From contig OZ374565.1 of the NCBI GenBank assembly GCA_977862235.1, positions 248,001-312,000 on the forward strand: 64,000 nucleotides of DNA. The letters are read 5' to 3'. The notes beneath the pieces were generated by a model that saw only the letters and a program-made list of their open reading frames with translations, had not been told where the DNA came from and searched no databases. Below are positions 48,254-61,206 of this stretch, piece by piece. Both the position numbers and the translations under genes were made by a program. Numbering within the stretch: position 1 is the stretch's first letter; every line of letters starts with the position of its first letter. This stretch comes from Dudresnaya verticillata. Its lineage: Eukaryota.

Positions 48254-50747
48254 CGTCTTTGACGATATGGCGCGGCATGGCGCGGGTGCGGCCCAGCCGG
48301 AAAACGTCTGTGACGATATTGTGCGGCATGGCGCGGGTGTGCGCCATCCGGAAAACGTCTGAGACGGCATATCCTGGGATGGCGCAGGTGTGCGCCAGCC
48401 GGGAAGCGTCTAGGACGATATAGCGCGGCATGGCGCGGGTGTGCGCCAGCCAGAAAACGTCTGAGACGGTATATCTTGGGATTGCGCAGTTGTGCGCCAG
48501 CCCGGAAGCGTCTCGGACGATATAGCGCGGCAGGGCGCGAGTGCGTCTCAGCCGGAAAACGTCAATGACGATGCAAAGCGGCCGCGGCGGATCACCGTGT
48601 GGCCTCAAACGTCAATGACGATATGTAACGTCGATAACGATAAGATTCGGCACATTTCTGCTTACCCGAGAACGAAAACGTCAATGACGATATGCAACGT
48701 CTATCACGATACGAAGCGGCTCGTTCAGGGTGACCACGAACGTGCCAACGTCGATGACGGTGAAACGGGGCACTTCGCAGGTAAGCGCGTGCCCCAAAAC
48801 GTCGATGACGACATTGAGCGTCGATGACGATAAGAAGCAGCTGTGGCGGGTGACCGGGTGGACCACGAACGTTCAAACGTCGACGACGGTGAAAAGGTGC
48901 ACAGTGGAGGTAACCACGTGTCCCAAACGTCAATGACGCTATTGAGCGTCGACAACGTTGCAAAAGGGGTCGACAAGAGTGACCGCGTTGACCAAAACGT
49001 CAATGACGGTATGCAACGTCGATGACGATATTGAGCGGCCGTGTTAGGAGCCTGCCCCTACTAAAAACGTCGATGACGATATGAGACGTCCATGACGGTA
49101 CGAAGTGGAACGGCATGGGTTACCGAGTACAACAAAACGTCAATGACGATATTCAACGTCGGTAACGGCACGAGGCGGCACATGCGGTTGACCCCGAGTA
49201 CCAAAACGTCCATGACTGTGAAATGACGGTACGAAGCGGCACATGGCAGCTGTCCGTGAGTCTGCAAACGTCTGTGACGGTAAACTTGGCAGTTCGCGTG
49301 TGATCGCGTGCACGTAACGTCAATGACGACACGCAACGTCGATGACGGTATGAAGCAGCACATTGCGGGTGCCGCGATCCTTAAGACGTCGACAACGGTG
49401 AGGTGTGGCTCGAGGAGGGCAACCGCGTGCACTAAAGCGTCAATAACGATACAAAACGTCGATGACGATTCGAAGACGCCGTTGCCGGAGACCGCGAGCC
49501 TGAGCACGTCGACGACGGCACCAAATGGCACTGTACGGGTTACCGCGAGCCGGGAAAACGTCTATGACGGTATTGAGCTGGCATGGCGCGGTGATTCGCA
49601 AGCCGGGAAACGTCTGTGACGGTGTGTATCTGTGTGCTGCGAGTGAACGCGCAACGGCAGAACGTCTGTGACGGCGTATTTCGGCATAGAACAGGGTTGT
49701 GCGAGCCGTGTGCGAGCCGCGACCCGCACCAAAACGTCAATGACGATACGAAACGTCGATGACGACAGGAAACGGCACGTTTCGGATGACCACGAGCCGG
49801 AGAACGTCGACGACGGTGCTATATCGCACTAAGTGGCTGACCGAATGCACTAGAACGTCGATGACGATACGAAACGTCGAAGACGATACGAAGCTGTCTT
49901 TGCTTGTGACCACGGGTACCAAGTGCTGCAAAGCGTCAGTGACGGTATAAAGCGACGTTGCGTGGGCTTCACCGCGCGACTGAAGAGCAGGAAACGTCAA
50001 TGACGGTAAAAAGCAACATGTCGCGAATATCGGCGAAACGTCATTGACGGGATATCAAGGCAATAGGCCGGTTGCAGCAGAGCGGGAATCGTCGGTGACG
50101 GTAGAGAGCAGCATGGCACCGATATTCTCGTGGCATGAAACGTCCATGACGATAATGAAACCACATGTGCCAGGTTTCTGTGTACTCGACGTCGACGACG
50201 ATATACCGCAAGAGGGATCGGGTGATCACGAGTTTGCAATCGTCGATGACGGAAAACACAGTATGGCGTGAGTAACCACGATCCAAGAATCGTCTTTGAC
50301 GCTAAAATGCGTCATGAGACGGTTGGTCGCGTTCCAAGCGTCGATGACGGTATCAATCGCTTCAGCGAGATAGTGCGGCTGAGTACGCATCGGTGATCGT
50401 ACATGACGGAAAAGGCAACATGGTCCACATGTCGTGAGTAACCATGCGAATGAATCGTCTGTGACGGTGCAAAGCGGCACGCCGGGCATGGAACGCGAAG
50501 TCGCGTGCAGAACGTCAACAGTGATTAACAACCAAGTGGAGACCCCGGAGGGCCCGATTTCGATATTGTTCCAACGTCTCAAGACGGGTAAGTGTTACAC
50601 CGACTCTGTCGAACCGATGAATCGTCGAAGACGTATTGGTGCGTACTGCGGTCTTGAACGTCAACGACGTTTTTGGTGGGATGGGTGTCCGGAATCACAA
50701 TATCCAGTGGATATTCGGCCAAGCCGGCTTGAGCTCCGTCATCGACG
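48254..50747 (-). repeat. CGTC-N3-GACG array, inverted copy
   Basis: Reverse complement of 7579..10062 with scattered substitutions and small indels. Confidence 0.92.
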
Positions 50748-51144
50748 CTCTATTGTTAGACTTGAACTTGAGCGCTCGGATGCACGGAGGGCAGACTCGC
50801 CAGAGGCGGAAATACGGATGACGACACGTTCGGCAGGGGATATAAAGATCCCCTGTTAGGCGAACGGTCGGAAACGTCGCATATCGGCATAGCCGGGAGA
50901 GCCGAAGCAAACACGGGGCGGACACGGTATTCCGACTTCATCGTCATGCGTCTTGACCGTTCGAACGATGGTTCACTGCCAATCGCCCATGACGGGCGCC
51001 TTGAAGAGGCCCCAGGGGACAGTGATGGTCGGGACGGACCCACAGTATTCTCAAAAACGTAGAAAAACGTCGTGGACGAGTAGCGAAACGCTTTGAAAGC
51101 GGTTGATCGGTCGTCGCACGACGTTGCAGTTCGTAGAAACGTAG

Positions 51145-53036
51145 TCCGTCCGCAAGTGGTCGTACCCTGCGCGTTACGCGCTCGCTTACTCCACCTCCGG
51201 CACCACGCCAAGTTGGCAGGGCACCCAGGGGGGCGTAAGTTGTATCATACGCTTCGACGCGAATACTATTGGCCATCGATGCCAGTGGACTGCTATGCGA
51301 CCGTCCGCAACTGCGTAACCTGCGCTAAGAATCGCGTATTGCTGCGAAAGAACACCAAGTAATTGAAGTTGTTCCCGGCAACCGAGCCTCTCGAATTCGT
51401 ATCGATCGACATCCTGGGCGAACTCATACGCACGAAGCGAGGAAACAAGTTCCTACTCGTCATTGTGGACCGCTTTTCGAAGCTGGTCCGGACGGTCCCA
51501 CTGCGTAGTATTGCGGCATTGGAAATCGCTAAGGCGTTTGTACGAAATTGGGTCTTCGGGTACGGTCCTCCCAAGACATTGTTGTCCGACAACGGACCAC
51601 AGTTTGTGGCTAAGCTGTTTCAGGATATCTGCCGTCTTTTGGGAGTGGAGAATCTCTTCACCACGACGTACCATCCGCAATGCAATGGCCAGGTAGAACG
51701 ATTCAATCGAACTATCCTGGCCTCGCTGCATCACTACGTCGCGGATCATCCGAGAGACTGGGACCTGTTCACGGATGCCTTGACGTTCGCATACAACACC
51801 CAGTTGCATTCTTCTACGCATCTCGCTCCGTTTGAATTGGTGCTGTCTAAGCCACCACGGCTATTGTCGCTCGAAGCGGAACCGTCGCTCGAAAGTGTAC
51901 CCACCGCGGGGCAATACTACACCAAGTGGCGAACCTGGCTGGCCGCACTGATGGGAGCCGCTAAAGCGTCGTTGGAGAAAACTCAAGCACGTTACAAACG
52001 ACACTTCGATACCAGATTAAGGAAATCGAAGGAAGCAATCGCCATAGGCGACTTCGTATTCGTACGTAAGGAATACTTCGCCCCAGGCGGGAGCACGGAT
52101 AGCGCAGAGCGTAAGCATAAGCTGGCACCAGTGGCGGACGGACCATACTGGGTAACTCACGTTGATAACGAGACAGTAACCGTCGACAAGGGACGGGATG
52201 AGCGGGAACGTTTGTCCCAAGATCGCGTGGTCTGGGCGCCGACCCCACCGGGTCAGGCGGCCCCTCCAATCGTCGTACCACCAGGCCCGCCTGAGGAGCA
52301 GGGAGCAGTCGCCCCCACGTCACACGACGAAGGGATGACTACCCCAAGCACGCCGCCAGCGGACCCGGAAGAGGACGCAGACACTTCGCATACTGCGAGA
52401 GATCCGCAAGAGCGTACGATCGCAGCGTCACGCAGTCGTGGGTTGGCAGAGCGTTCGCCCTTCGCCGCCGATCCCGACGACCGCGCTTCGCAATCCGTCT
52501 CCAACGACGACAGTACCCCAGGGGTTCGCACCCGTTTGGAACACGTCGCTACGGCACCGCCGAATGAGAACAATGACTCAGCTGAAAGCGCGTCCGATAA
52601 CGAAGACGTTAACCGTGCAAGCACGAAGCAAGGCGCTGCAAGCGATGAAATCGTCTCAAGACGCAACAACCCACTGGCCGCTGATCGAGCGTCCGAGGCC
52701 CAAGGCCAACGCCTTCGGCGATCAACTCGTCGAGTACGCTTGGCCGAACCGGAACAGACGCCCATCACGCAACGAGACAAACCGCCAAAGGCGCTGGACA
52801 GGCCCACGTCCAAGCCGAACGCTGTGAGCGGAAAATAATACATGATTGAACGCATCGAGTCGCACGCGTACGCGGATGATGATGAGATCCTCTACCGCGT
52901 CAAGTGGTTTGGATACCCCGCTTCAGCGAACACCTGGGAGCCAGTCTACAGTTTTCCGCGATCCCACGTCACACGATACCACCGTCGAAAACGTACGCAG
53001 CTACCGCCAAACGTCGACGACGCGGAGCGCGGCTAA
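51145..53036 (+). pseudogene. pol: Ty3/Gypsy integrase plus chromodomain (two in-frame TAA stops), distinct from element A integrase
   Basis: HHCC zinc motif HHAKLAGH..CVTC; core VSIDILG, LSDNGPQF, HPQCNGQVERFN; GPY; low-complexity linker; chromodomain IERIESH..YRVKWFGYPASANTWEP. ORFs at 51093, 51363 and 52842 share one frame. Confidence 0.93.
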
Positions 53037-54378
53037 CCCTAATCCGGAAATACCGCTGGAAGCGAATGGACGGACGATCGAGACCGCGTGTTCGACCTAC
53101 GATCGCCAAAGGCGCGGAAGCGCAACCCATAGCCTGTGGACGCGGTCGCCAGAGCGACAGCGCCAAACACGTGTGCACACCATGGACGAACGCGGACGCA
53201 AGTCGTTGCGTCATAGACAGCCTCTCGCACGCCACCTCGCAGCAGCCCCAATACGGAACCTCTGGATGGGTGCGCTGTTGACAGTGGATCCAGATCGCAA
53301 ATCGAGATCCACCACCGGCGCCCCTCAGGTAATAGGAGGCAGTAGTTGGTCAAATTTTAATTTCCAAACACGGCAGCGCGCACCACCCCGCCGTCAACGC
53401 ACGACGAACGCAATCATGCCAAGTGGCTGATCAGGTGCTACAAGCCCCAGCGACGACAGGCTCAAGTGGCAGCGCACAACAACCGTCTCCGACGTCGAGA
53501 CGTGCACTCGCCCCACGGCCAAGTCCCTGGGACCGCCACCCTGCCGGCCACGGTCTCGCGCGCAAGCACCCGTCGAACGTCTCCGACGTATCTTGCCGGA
53601 GAAGGGGCGCACCGACAAACCCACCCCCGAAGGGGGGGAAGATGGTTGAAGACGCATTTGCTGTGGGTTCCGTGCACGACGCGCCAACAAATCGCCAACG
53701 ACTCCACCGCTGCCCGTGGCCGCCGCGGTCGCAGTCGCGCGAGCGCGACCGACAACTCTACCCTACCCCCAAGAAGGAACGTCGAAGACGAAAGGGGCGG
53801 CAACGCTAAGGCGTCAACACCTACCTCACCGCCTTCGCGACCCTCGTTGAGGACGCCGACAAACCACGCCTAAGGCGCAGTGCGACACATGCATTATAAA
53901 AACGCTAAGTAAGCGGAAATACACCAACGCCGCACGTGAAACACGAAGAAAAACGCTACTACAGTGGACACTACCAGCCAAACACAGCCGCAGCGCAACG
54001 CACGGCCAAGGCTAAAGGCATCAAACGCCAACGCTACGGTAGCATGCCGCGCTATATCGTCCTAGACGCTTCCCGGCTGGCGCACACCTGCGCCATCCCA
54101 GGATATACCGTCTCAAACGTTTTCCGGATGGCGCACACCCGCGCCATGCCGCACAATATCGTCACAGACGTTTTCCGGCTGGGCCGCACCCGCGCCATGC
54201 CGCGCCATATCGTCAAAGACGCAACCGCACGCATTAGCGTTTTTCATACCATCCCTGACGATCACGCCCGCCGATGGCGGTTCACTGCACGCCGCGCCGA
54301 ACGTAAGAGCCCCCGACGCATGACTGGTGCGCTCCGCCTTACAGACGAATGGCCTGTGCACAAGGAAATCAAGCGCTA

Positions 54379-54687
54379 ATTGGTGCGCTTCAGCTTACAC
54401 CCAAATTGGATGGTGATTGGTGCGCTTCGCCCCGCGCGCAAATTGGACACTCATTGGTGCGCTTGAGCTTACAGGCACGTGACCTGTGCGCCAGGAAATT
54501 GAACGCCCATTGGTGCGCTTCGCCTTACACCCAAATTGCGCGCTCATTGGTGCGCTTCGCGCTGCACGCAAATTGGACGTTGATTGGTGCGCTTGGGCTT
54601 ACAGGCACGTGACCTGCGCACACCCAAATTGAGCGCTCATTGGTGCGCTTCACGCCGCACGCAAATTGAACGCTGATTGGTGCGCTT
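54379..54687 (+). repeat. ATTGGTGCGCTT array, direct copy
   Basis: Duplicate of 10220..10528. Confidence 0.88.
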
Positions 54688-56396
54688 CTGCATGCCGTCA
54701 AAATTTATCGTTTATTTATGCGCGTGGACGCCCGGCTACTGCGCAGCGCTGGTAGCCGCCCTACACGGGGATAACCGTCTTGGACGTTCTACCACCGGTG
54801 ACCTCGGAGCCCTGGGCACACCGCTACTAGTGAATTGCTCAAGTCGTCTTATGACGGGAAACTCGGCAACGCCGCACGTCCTTGAGGGGAATGGAAGTGA
54901 CATAACCACGGCACGGCCGGTAATAATACGTTCCTCACGAATTTGCTTCGCGTGTTCGCGTTTTGGAAGGGGGCCATATGGTGCAAATTATCCAACGCCG
55001 CTGGCGCTCTGTACCGTCCTAGACGGATAGCTCCCGTCTTTGACGTTTCTACCGCCTTTGGCGACTGGGATTGAGCTCGAGGCGCGAACCCGCTCGTGAT
55101 CCCTGTTTCCGCCGATGGCGCTAGTCATTCGACTTTGTCGGGCAACTTGGTCAAGAACCAGACCTCCCGCTCACAGCGGATAGTGACGGCAATGTCGGGT
55201 TGAGAGAACGCGTGAGGTGTAGTTACTGGGTCACGCTGCTGCGACCCGTGGCATACTTGCACACGTGGCACGTGTCACAGGGCAGCGGAGGACAATGGGA
55301 CCAAGAGTCTGTAAGCGCGGTGCGTGAACACGTGTAGGTGTAAGCATTAGCGCGGCGCGCGCGGTGGCGTGGGCAAACGTGTCAGGCGCGCGGCTGCATT
55401 CCGAGGGCGCTTGTCACACGCACGACGGAACGACACGTGTCCTGAGTTCCCGCGCGCCGCAGCGCCACCGCCGTCGCCCACGCAGCAGTAGTAATACTTA
55501 GGTAACCCGTCTAGGACGTCCCAGTAAACCCCGGCAAGCCGGTATGCCTTCACACTTCGCCCCTTCGCTCGTTAGCGTCACTGCCGCTACCGACGTTGGC
55601 TACGCGTTGCGACGATCGCGCTTCCGCGTCAATGTCCGTCTTTGACGTGTATCCCCTTTTGTTTTCCCCCTTTATGGCCTTGGTAGCCGAATGCCCCTTC
55701 CCGCTAGTGTGTGCGTCGCCACCGCTTCCGTTAGGCAAAGCGTCGGTACCACCGTCCCTCCACGTGCAACACCGTCGTTGACGTGTTTCCATTTCCGTCT
55801 TGTCTCGTTTCTTTGGTTTAGATCTACCTACCGCCCAGGGAGTTTACAGTCCGCCTTGTGGCGTTGTCCATGCTCTACCACCCCTACCGTCTCTGACGTG
55901 CTACCCGCCGGGTCTCGAACTGCCCGGGCATGTTTTTCCGTCCTAGACGTTTTGCACCACATCTGACACGTCGTCGTCGCCATGCAGCCGCGCGCGCGGG
56001 AGCTCAGGAGTAGCTTACAGGCGCATGCGTGTAGCATTGTGGGTGATCCGGATTCGGATCCAGATCCCTACCAGCATTGCTGGCGCGCGGCCATTACAGG
56101 CGCGCTCCTTACATCACTGTGGATCCCGATGCCGGATCCCGATGTCCCATCCGGATCCGATCCGGATCCGGGCCAGGGTTACAGGCGTGCGCCTTGCGCC
56201 TGGCCGATCCGGATCGTGCATCTGGATCTGGCCGTACAGTGGGCGCGTGCGCCGCGCCGGGTAACGGCGGCCGTATGCCCGTGGGCCAACCGTCCATGAC
56301 GTGTTCGCTCGCCAACGGCGGTCGACGTGCCGTCAGTAGACGTTGGTATATAATACGCTCACAGAGAAAAAGGGGCAGCCCTCCCCTTGCACTACA

Positions 56397-59091
56397 AGCA
56401 CGTGTTTCGCCTCCCTGGATTTCGTGTCGGGTTATTGGCAGCTTCCACCGCATCCCGACTCCTACACCGCGTGTGGCGTCATCACACCGCGCGGGGTAAT
56501 GATATCAAAACGCGTGTTGGATGATCTGGCGAACGCCCTGGCTTTTTCCAGAGCTCGGTCGAGCCTCTATTCGCCAGCCTGCGTGATTTTCTGAAGGCAT
56601 GGCTGGACGATTTCAGCCTTCACGCCCCATCCCAGGAGATTCTTTTGGACAATCTCGAGATTTTTCTCTGCATTTGTAAGGAGAAGAGATTGTGGCTTTC
56701 CGCACGGAAATGCAAACTCTTTCGCAAGAAACTTCGCTGGTACGGTCGCATTGTGTCTGGAGAAGGGTACACACTCGACCCCACACGTCTTTCGGGTTTG
56801 CAAGAAATGGGAACCCCGAAGACTGCGGAAGAACTTGCGCAGTTCATCTACTGCTATCGCTGGATGTCGCTCGCCATCCCCGACTTCGCGCGCCGCATCG
56901 CGCCGCTCAACAACATCTGGGAAGAGGCGTACGCCAAATCTGGAAGCGTACGAAGAGATCTATCCGCACGATCGCGCTCAGTAACCTGTCTTGGGGGTCC
57001 CCGCATGAGAAGGCATTTCTCGATCTTCAAGACAGCCTACGGACCGCTGTCACCCTCTCTTATCCGGATCCGGACAAAGCTATTTGCGTATTCACCGATG
57101 CGTCCGAACGGTTCTGGTCTGTCGTTGCCACGCAGTGCGACGAATTAGATCTGAAGAAGCCGGTCGGCGAACAGAAGCATGAACCCCTCGCATTTTTGGG
57201 TTCCCAGTTTACAGGCGCATCGTTGAACTGGTATACCTTCGAGAAAGAAGGATTCGCGGTGTTCCAGACCTTTGAGAAACTCGACTACATGCTGCTTGGT
57301 CACGCGCGTACTCACGCGTTCACGGATCATCGAAATCTAATGTTCGTGTTCGCACCTCTTGCGCTGGAACCAGCTCTTGGAAGGCACATTGTCTCAAAAG
57401 TTCAACGTTGGGCTCTGTACTTGTCCAAGTTCAGCTACGTCATTGAGCACATCAAGGGAGAAGAAAATGTGTTTGCAGATATTCTTACTCGCTGGGTCAA
57501 GGGCTACCGCAACGAGAAGTCAATGCTATGCAGCGTTATACTCGGAGAAGCTGAACAGCTCATCCCTGCCGCCGACGCAATTGTCTGGCCGGATATCGAA
57601 GTGATTCGCGACTCACAAGCGTCTCACACACGCACTGAAGGAGTACTCCTTGACGAGGATGACAGATTGTGGAAGAAAAGAAATCTCTTCTAGATTCCGA
57701 AGGAGGACCTCGAACTCAAGCTCACAGTAATTGTGTGTTCACACTGTGGTACAATCGGACACCGAGGTATGGATGCAACCAAGAGCATCATACTCGAGAA
57801 CTTTTGGTGGGAGACCAAGAAGGAGGATGTCGACGAGTTGGTTCGCGGATGCCTACACTGCATCGTAACTCGTACGGGGGAGATCGTCCCGAGACCGCTC
57901 GGACACGCTCTGCACGGCGAACGCCCTAATGAAGTTGTCCACGCCGATTTCCTTTCCATGGGTCAAGGTGTGGACGAGAAGAAATACGTCCTCATCATAC
58001 GGGACGACTTGTCCTCGTAAATCTGGCTTTGGCCAACAGACGAGGCGGACGCCAACGCTGCCGCTGCTGTCCTGAACTCCTGGGTTGGCAGCTTTAGTTC
58101 TATGGATTGGCTGGTCAGCGATCAGGGCTCCCATTTCAAGAACAAACTACGCAAGGAGATGGTGGAAGAACTGCGTTCGCAACATCATTTCACCACGGCT
58201 TATTCTCCGTGGGCGAACGGTTCCGTCGAGAGAGTTTGCCGCGAAGTCCTTCGTGCGTGCCGCGCGCTGCTCAGCGAATGGAAGCTATCGCCGAAGGATT
58301 GGCCTACAGTAACCGAGTAGAACATCATCAATCAAGCTCCGCTTCGGAAGCTCGGCTTCGCGACGTGGAAGTGCCAGGTGTACACCGCACTCCGCTCGAG
58401 GTCTTCACAGGACATCGACCTGTGCGTCCTCTACTGAGAGCCTTACCGAAGAACAAGTACCGGTCGGCCAAAACAATCGAAGAGCTACGCGCACGCGCGC
58501 TTCTAAACATTGATCAACTCCAGGATGCGTTGTTCAACGTTCATCGAGATGTGAAAGAGATCTCAAGTGCTGCGCGGAAGAGAAAGGTTGACCAACACAA
58601 CAAGCGCACGAACGTTCACCGCGCTAACTTCATCGAAGGCGACTTTGTCCTCGTTCATCGCGCTCAGCCCGGTGGACACATGCTGAAATTGGTTTGGCGA
58701 GGACCTCGCCGCGTCACACAAGTCCGTTCGGAATGGGTCTTCGAGATACAGAACCTCATAACGGACAAAAGGGAAGTGGTGCACGCGCGCCGCTTACACC
58801 TTTACCGCTCGGATATGGATGGCAAGGAAGTCCTTCCTGCACTGCTTAAAGCTGCGGAGCACTCCGAGACAAGCTACCAGATTGCCGAACAAATACGCGG
58901 CATCAGCGAAGTTGATGGGAACTCCAGATTCACTTGGAGTGGAGTGGGCTCCCCGATGAGGTCGACTGGACCTGGGAAACCTTTCGCCAAGTCTTCGAGG
59001 ACATGCCTGGACTGCTCGAAGATTTTCTCCACACTGCCGGGACCCGCAGTCTCAAACGACGCGCGCTCGCGCAATGCAATTTCTCGTAACC
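56397..59091 (+). pseudogene. pol: Element A pol RT-RH-IN-chromodomain, second copy
   Basis: Duplicate of 12237..14925; retains GHRGMD where copy 1 has a 6-bp deletion. Confidence 0.92.
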
Positions 59092-61206
59092 AAGCTTCTT
59101 TGTTCACGCTGAACAGAAGCTTGGGGGCACTGTTACACATAGCGCTCGCACTGTTTGGGAGCACTCCCTACAATGGGATCCCAAAGCGCACACGCGACGC
59201 TGCAGGGTAATTCCCTAGAATGGGAGCCTGCTGGGGAACGCACTGCTGAACAATGGCAGACCCCACGGCCGATCATGGCTATCGCGCACAGACCTGGTGA
59301 ACCTGCACAAGGCAGAACTGCCGGTCTGACAAGGCGAATTTGCGTCCCTTCGGACAACCCTCTACATCTTATTGGCTAACTCTCAGGGTCCCCTAACAAC
59401 AGGATTCAGACCTGAATGACTTTCCGTCCGTCCCCGACCCTCTGTGGGACGGCGGGTGTGAACACATCCACCTGTTCAGGTCTATCTGACTTGGAGCGGA
59501 TCCCGCGAGCATGCGGGCCACAAATACTGTGGGTCGCTTTGAGCCGTCCGGCTGTAGAAATAATAAAGGCAGCACGCTGGCGTCGAACGACGACGACGAG
59601 GGACAACACACCACTCCTCATCCACGCCGTGACTTTGCCTTCCACTTTGCCAACCCCAACTTTCTCTCTACCGACCTTTTACTTTTCCTTTTCGCGTTCG
59701 CGATCTACTGCTTCGAAGGCAAAAGCGGTTACGCGTCACAAGAGCAATGAGGAAGCGATGATTCTTTTTAATGAATGTGTACGGTGGTCTTATGCGTGGG
59801 GCTGTTCCCGACAGGCAAGCATACCGGTGGGGTTTGGGTCTATCCTATGGAAGGGTTTGAGTTATGTGAGAACCTAAAGGGTTTTTTGGGGGACCCGAAA
59901 GGGTAAAATCGTGCCTGCAGGCGTCTCGGATGGACGAGATTGCACCGACGATGGCGCAGAGATTACATGCGCCAAGTGATGGTAGCGAAAGGGCTTTCAG
60001 AGACTGGGCCAGGATTTGGGCTTCTTCGTCGAAAAATGGGTACCGAGGCGGGATGAGGAACGTCCAGACGTGCCACTGATTTCCGCTTTCCTCCTCTGCG
60101 GTTCGACAACTTCAAGACAGGTGCTAACCGGTTTGCAGAGTACACAGGGCCAGGGAATCGCCCAGATAATTCCGCAAACCATTCTTGTAGCAGCGCTTCG
60201 CGCAATTCCCTCTGCGCTCCTGTGTGTCGGGGTGCTTGGCACCAAAAACACGTTGTGTAGTCTTAACAGCAAGTGTTATTTGAGCAAGCCGGGAGATCAG
60301 AAGTTTTGCTACGTCAACAAGGTTTCGTAACCCGCGCGCATCATAGTGTCATAGTGCCCTAAAACGTATGCTGAGCGTTAGAAAAGGATGTCCGATGCGG
60401 AAGAGGTCCCTGAGATCCTGCTAACGTGTGGCAGTGGTAACAAAATTGCCGTCAGGAACGCAAAAGCTGCTCTAGAAGTCACTCAGAGGGACACAGGTGT
60501 AGAGAAACCTCGGGGTAGAGGACAGGAGTCCGTCTACAGTACGTTTAATGTGGTGAAGTGGGGTCGGCTGCGTACGAGCGCAGATGAAGTGCCTAGATAC
60601 GCAGGGTAGTGTGCAATCGCAAGCGTAGGTTCAGATGCCGCAGGTCTTCACTTAGGCTGAAATGTATAGGACTATTGCCGATTGGCATCACAACACTTTA
60701 CGTATGTGTACAGACGGACCTACGCTGTATAGCGACTAACTTACCCAAGAGCCGGCAGCTCACACTGTTGCTCAGTCAGCAGTGGCTGCGACGCTTCCCC
60801 GGCTCGGGTTCACGGAGAGCGCCTCTGGGTGGCGCTTCGGCCAAAAGACACAGCCAATCATGGCGGTTTACACTTACGGTGCCGTCACGAAACGCAAACC
60901 GCGAAGCTCCGCACCAATTACAAAGCGGAGCGCCGCTTAACATTAATTTTGTGCACTCTACAGTACGCACTGTACTCTAATTTATGGGAAAATTCCCCCG
61001 GTCAAGGACACGCGATGGACTCCGCGATAAGTTAGAGCGAGGATGGTATGCCGCGGCACGGAGGGGAAGGGTATTCGGTCAATGCAAAGTTTACTTAGGC
61101 GTTACAACGCGGAAAGGTCCACTAGCTAATCGGGCGCTCCCCCACTCACACCAATCTACTATCCCTAGGGAGCGTCCGATGCGAGCACTACAATGAGGAA
61201 ATGACG

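Larger units (their letters stand above)
46018..56396. mobile_element. Composite D/E insertion, second (10.4-kb) version
   Basis: Same termini and AGCAC TSD. Order: D LTR 46018..46856; PBS; inverted E 47061..51144; IN-chromodomain segment 51145..54042; E 3' part 54043..55961; inverted D LTR start 55962..56396. Confidence 0.92.
42490..59740 (+). mobile_element. Element A, second copy (LTRs 42490..43099 and 59131..59740)
   Basis: Same LTRs, nested insertions and stops as 1713..15574. Confidence 0.95.

Noticed and set aside
46018..56396. Canonical Ginger/Tdd or DIRS element
   Set aside because: The left TIR is the first half of an LTR followed by a PBS, the integrase is a broken pol fragment, and no tyrosine recombinase is seen. 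Kept only as an analogy.
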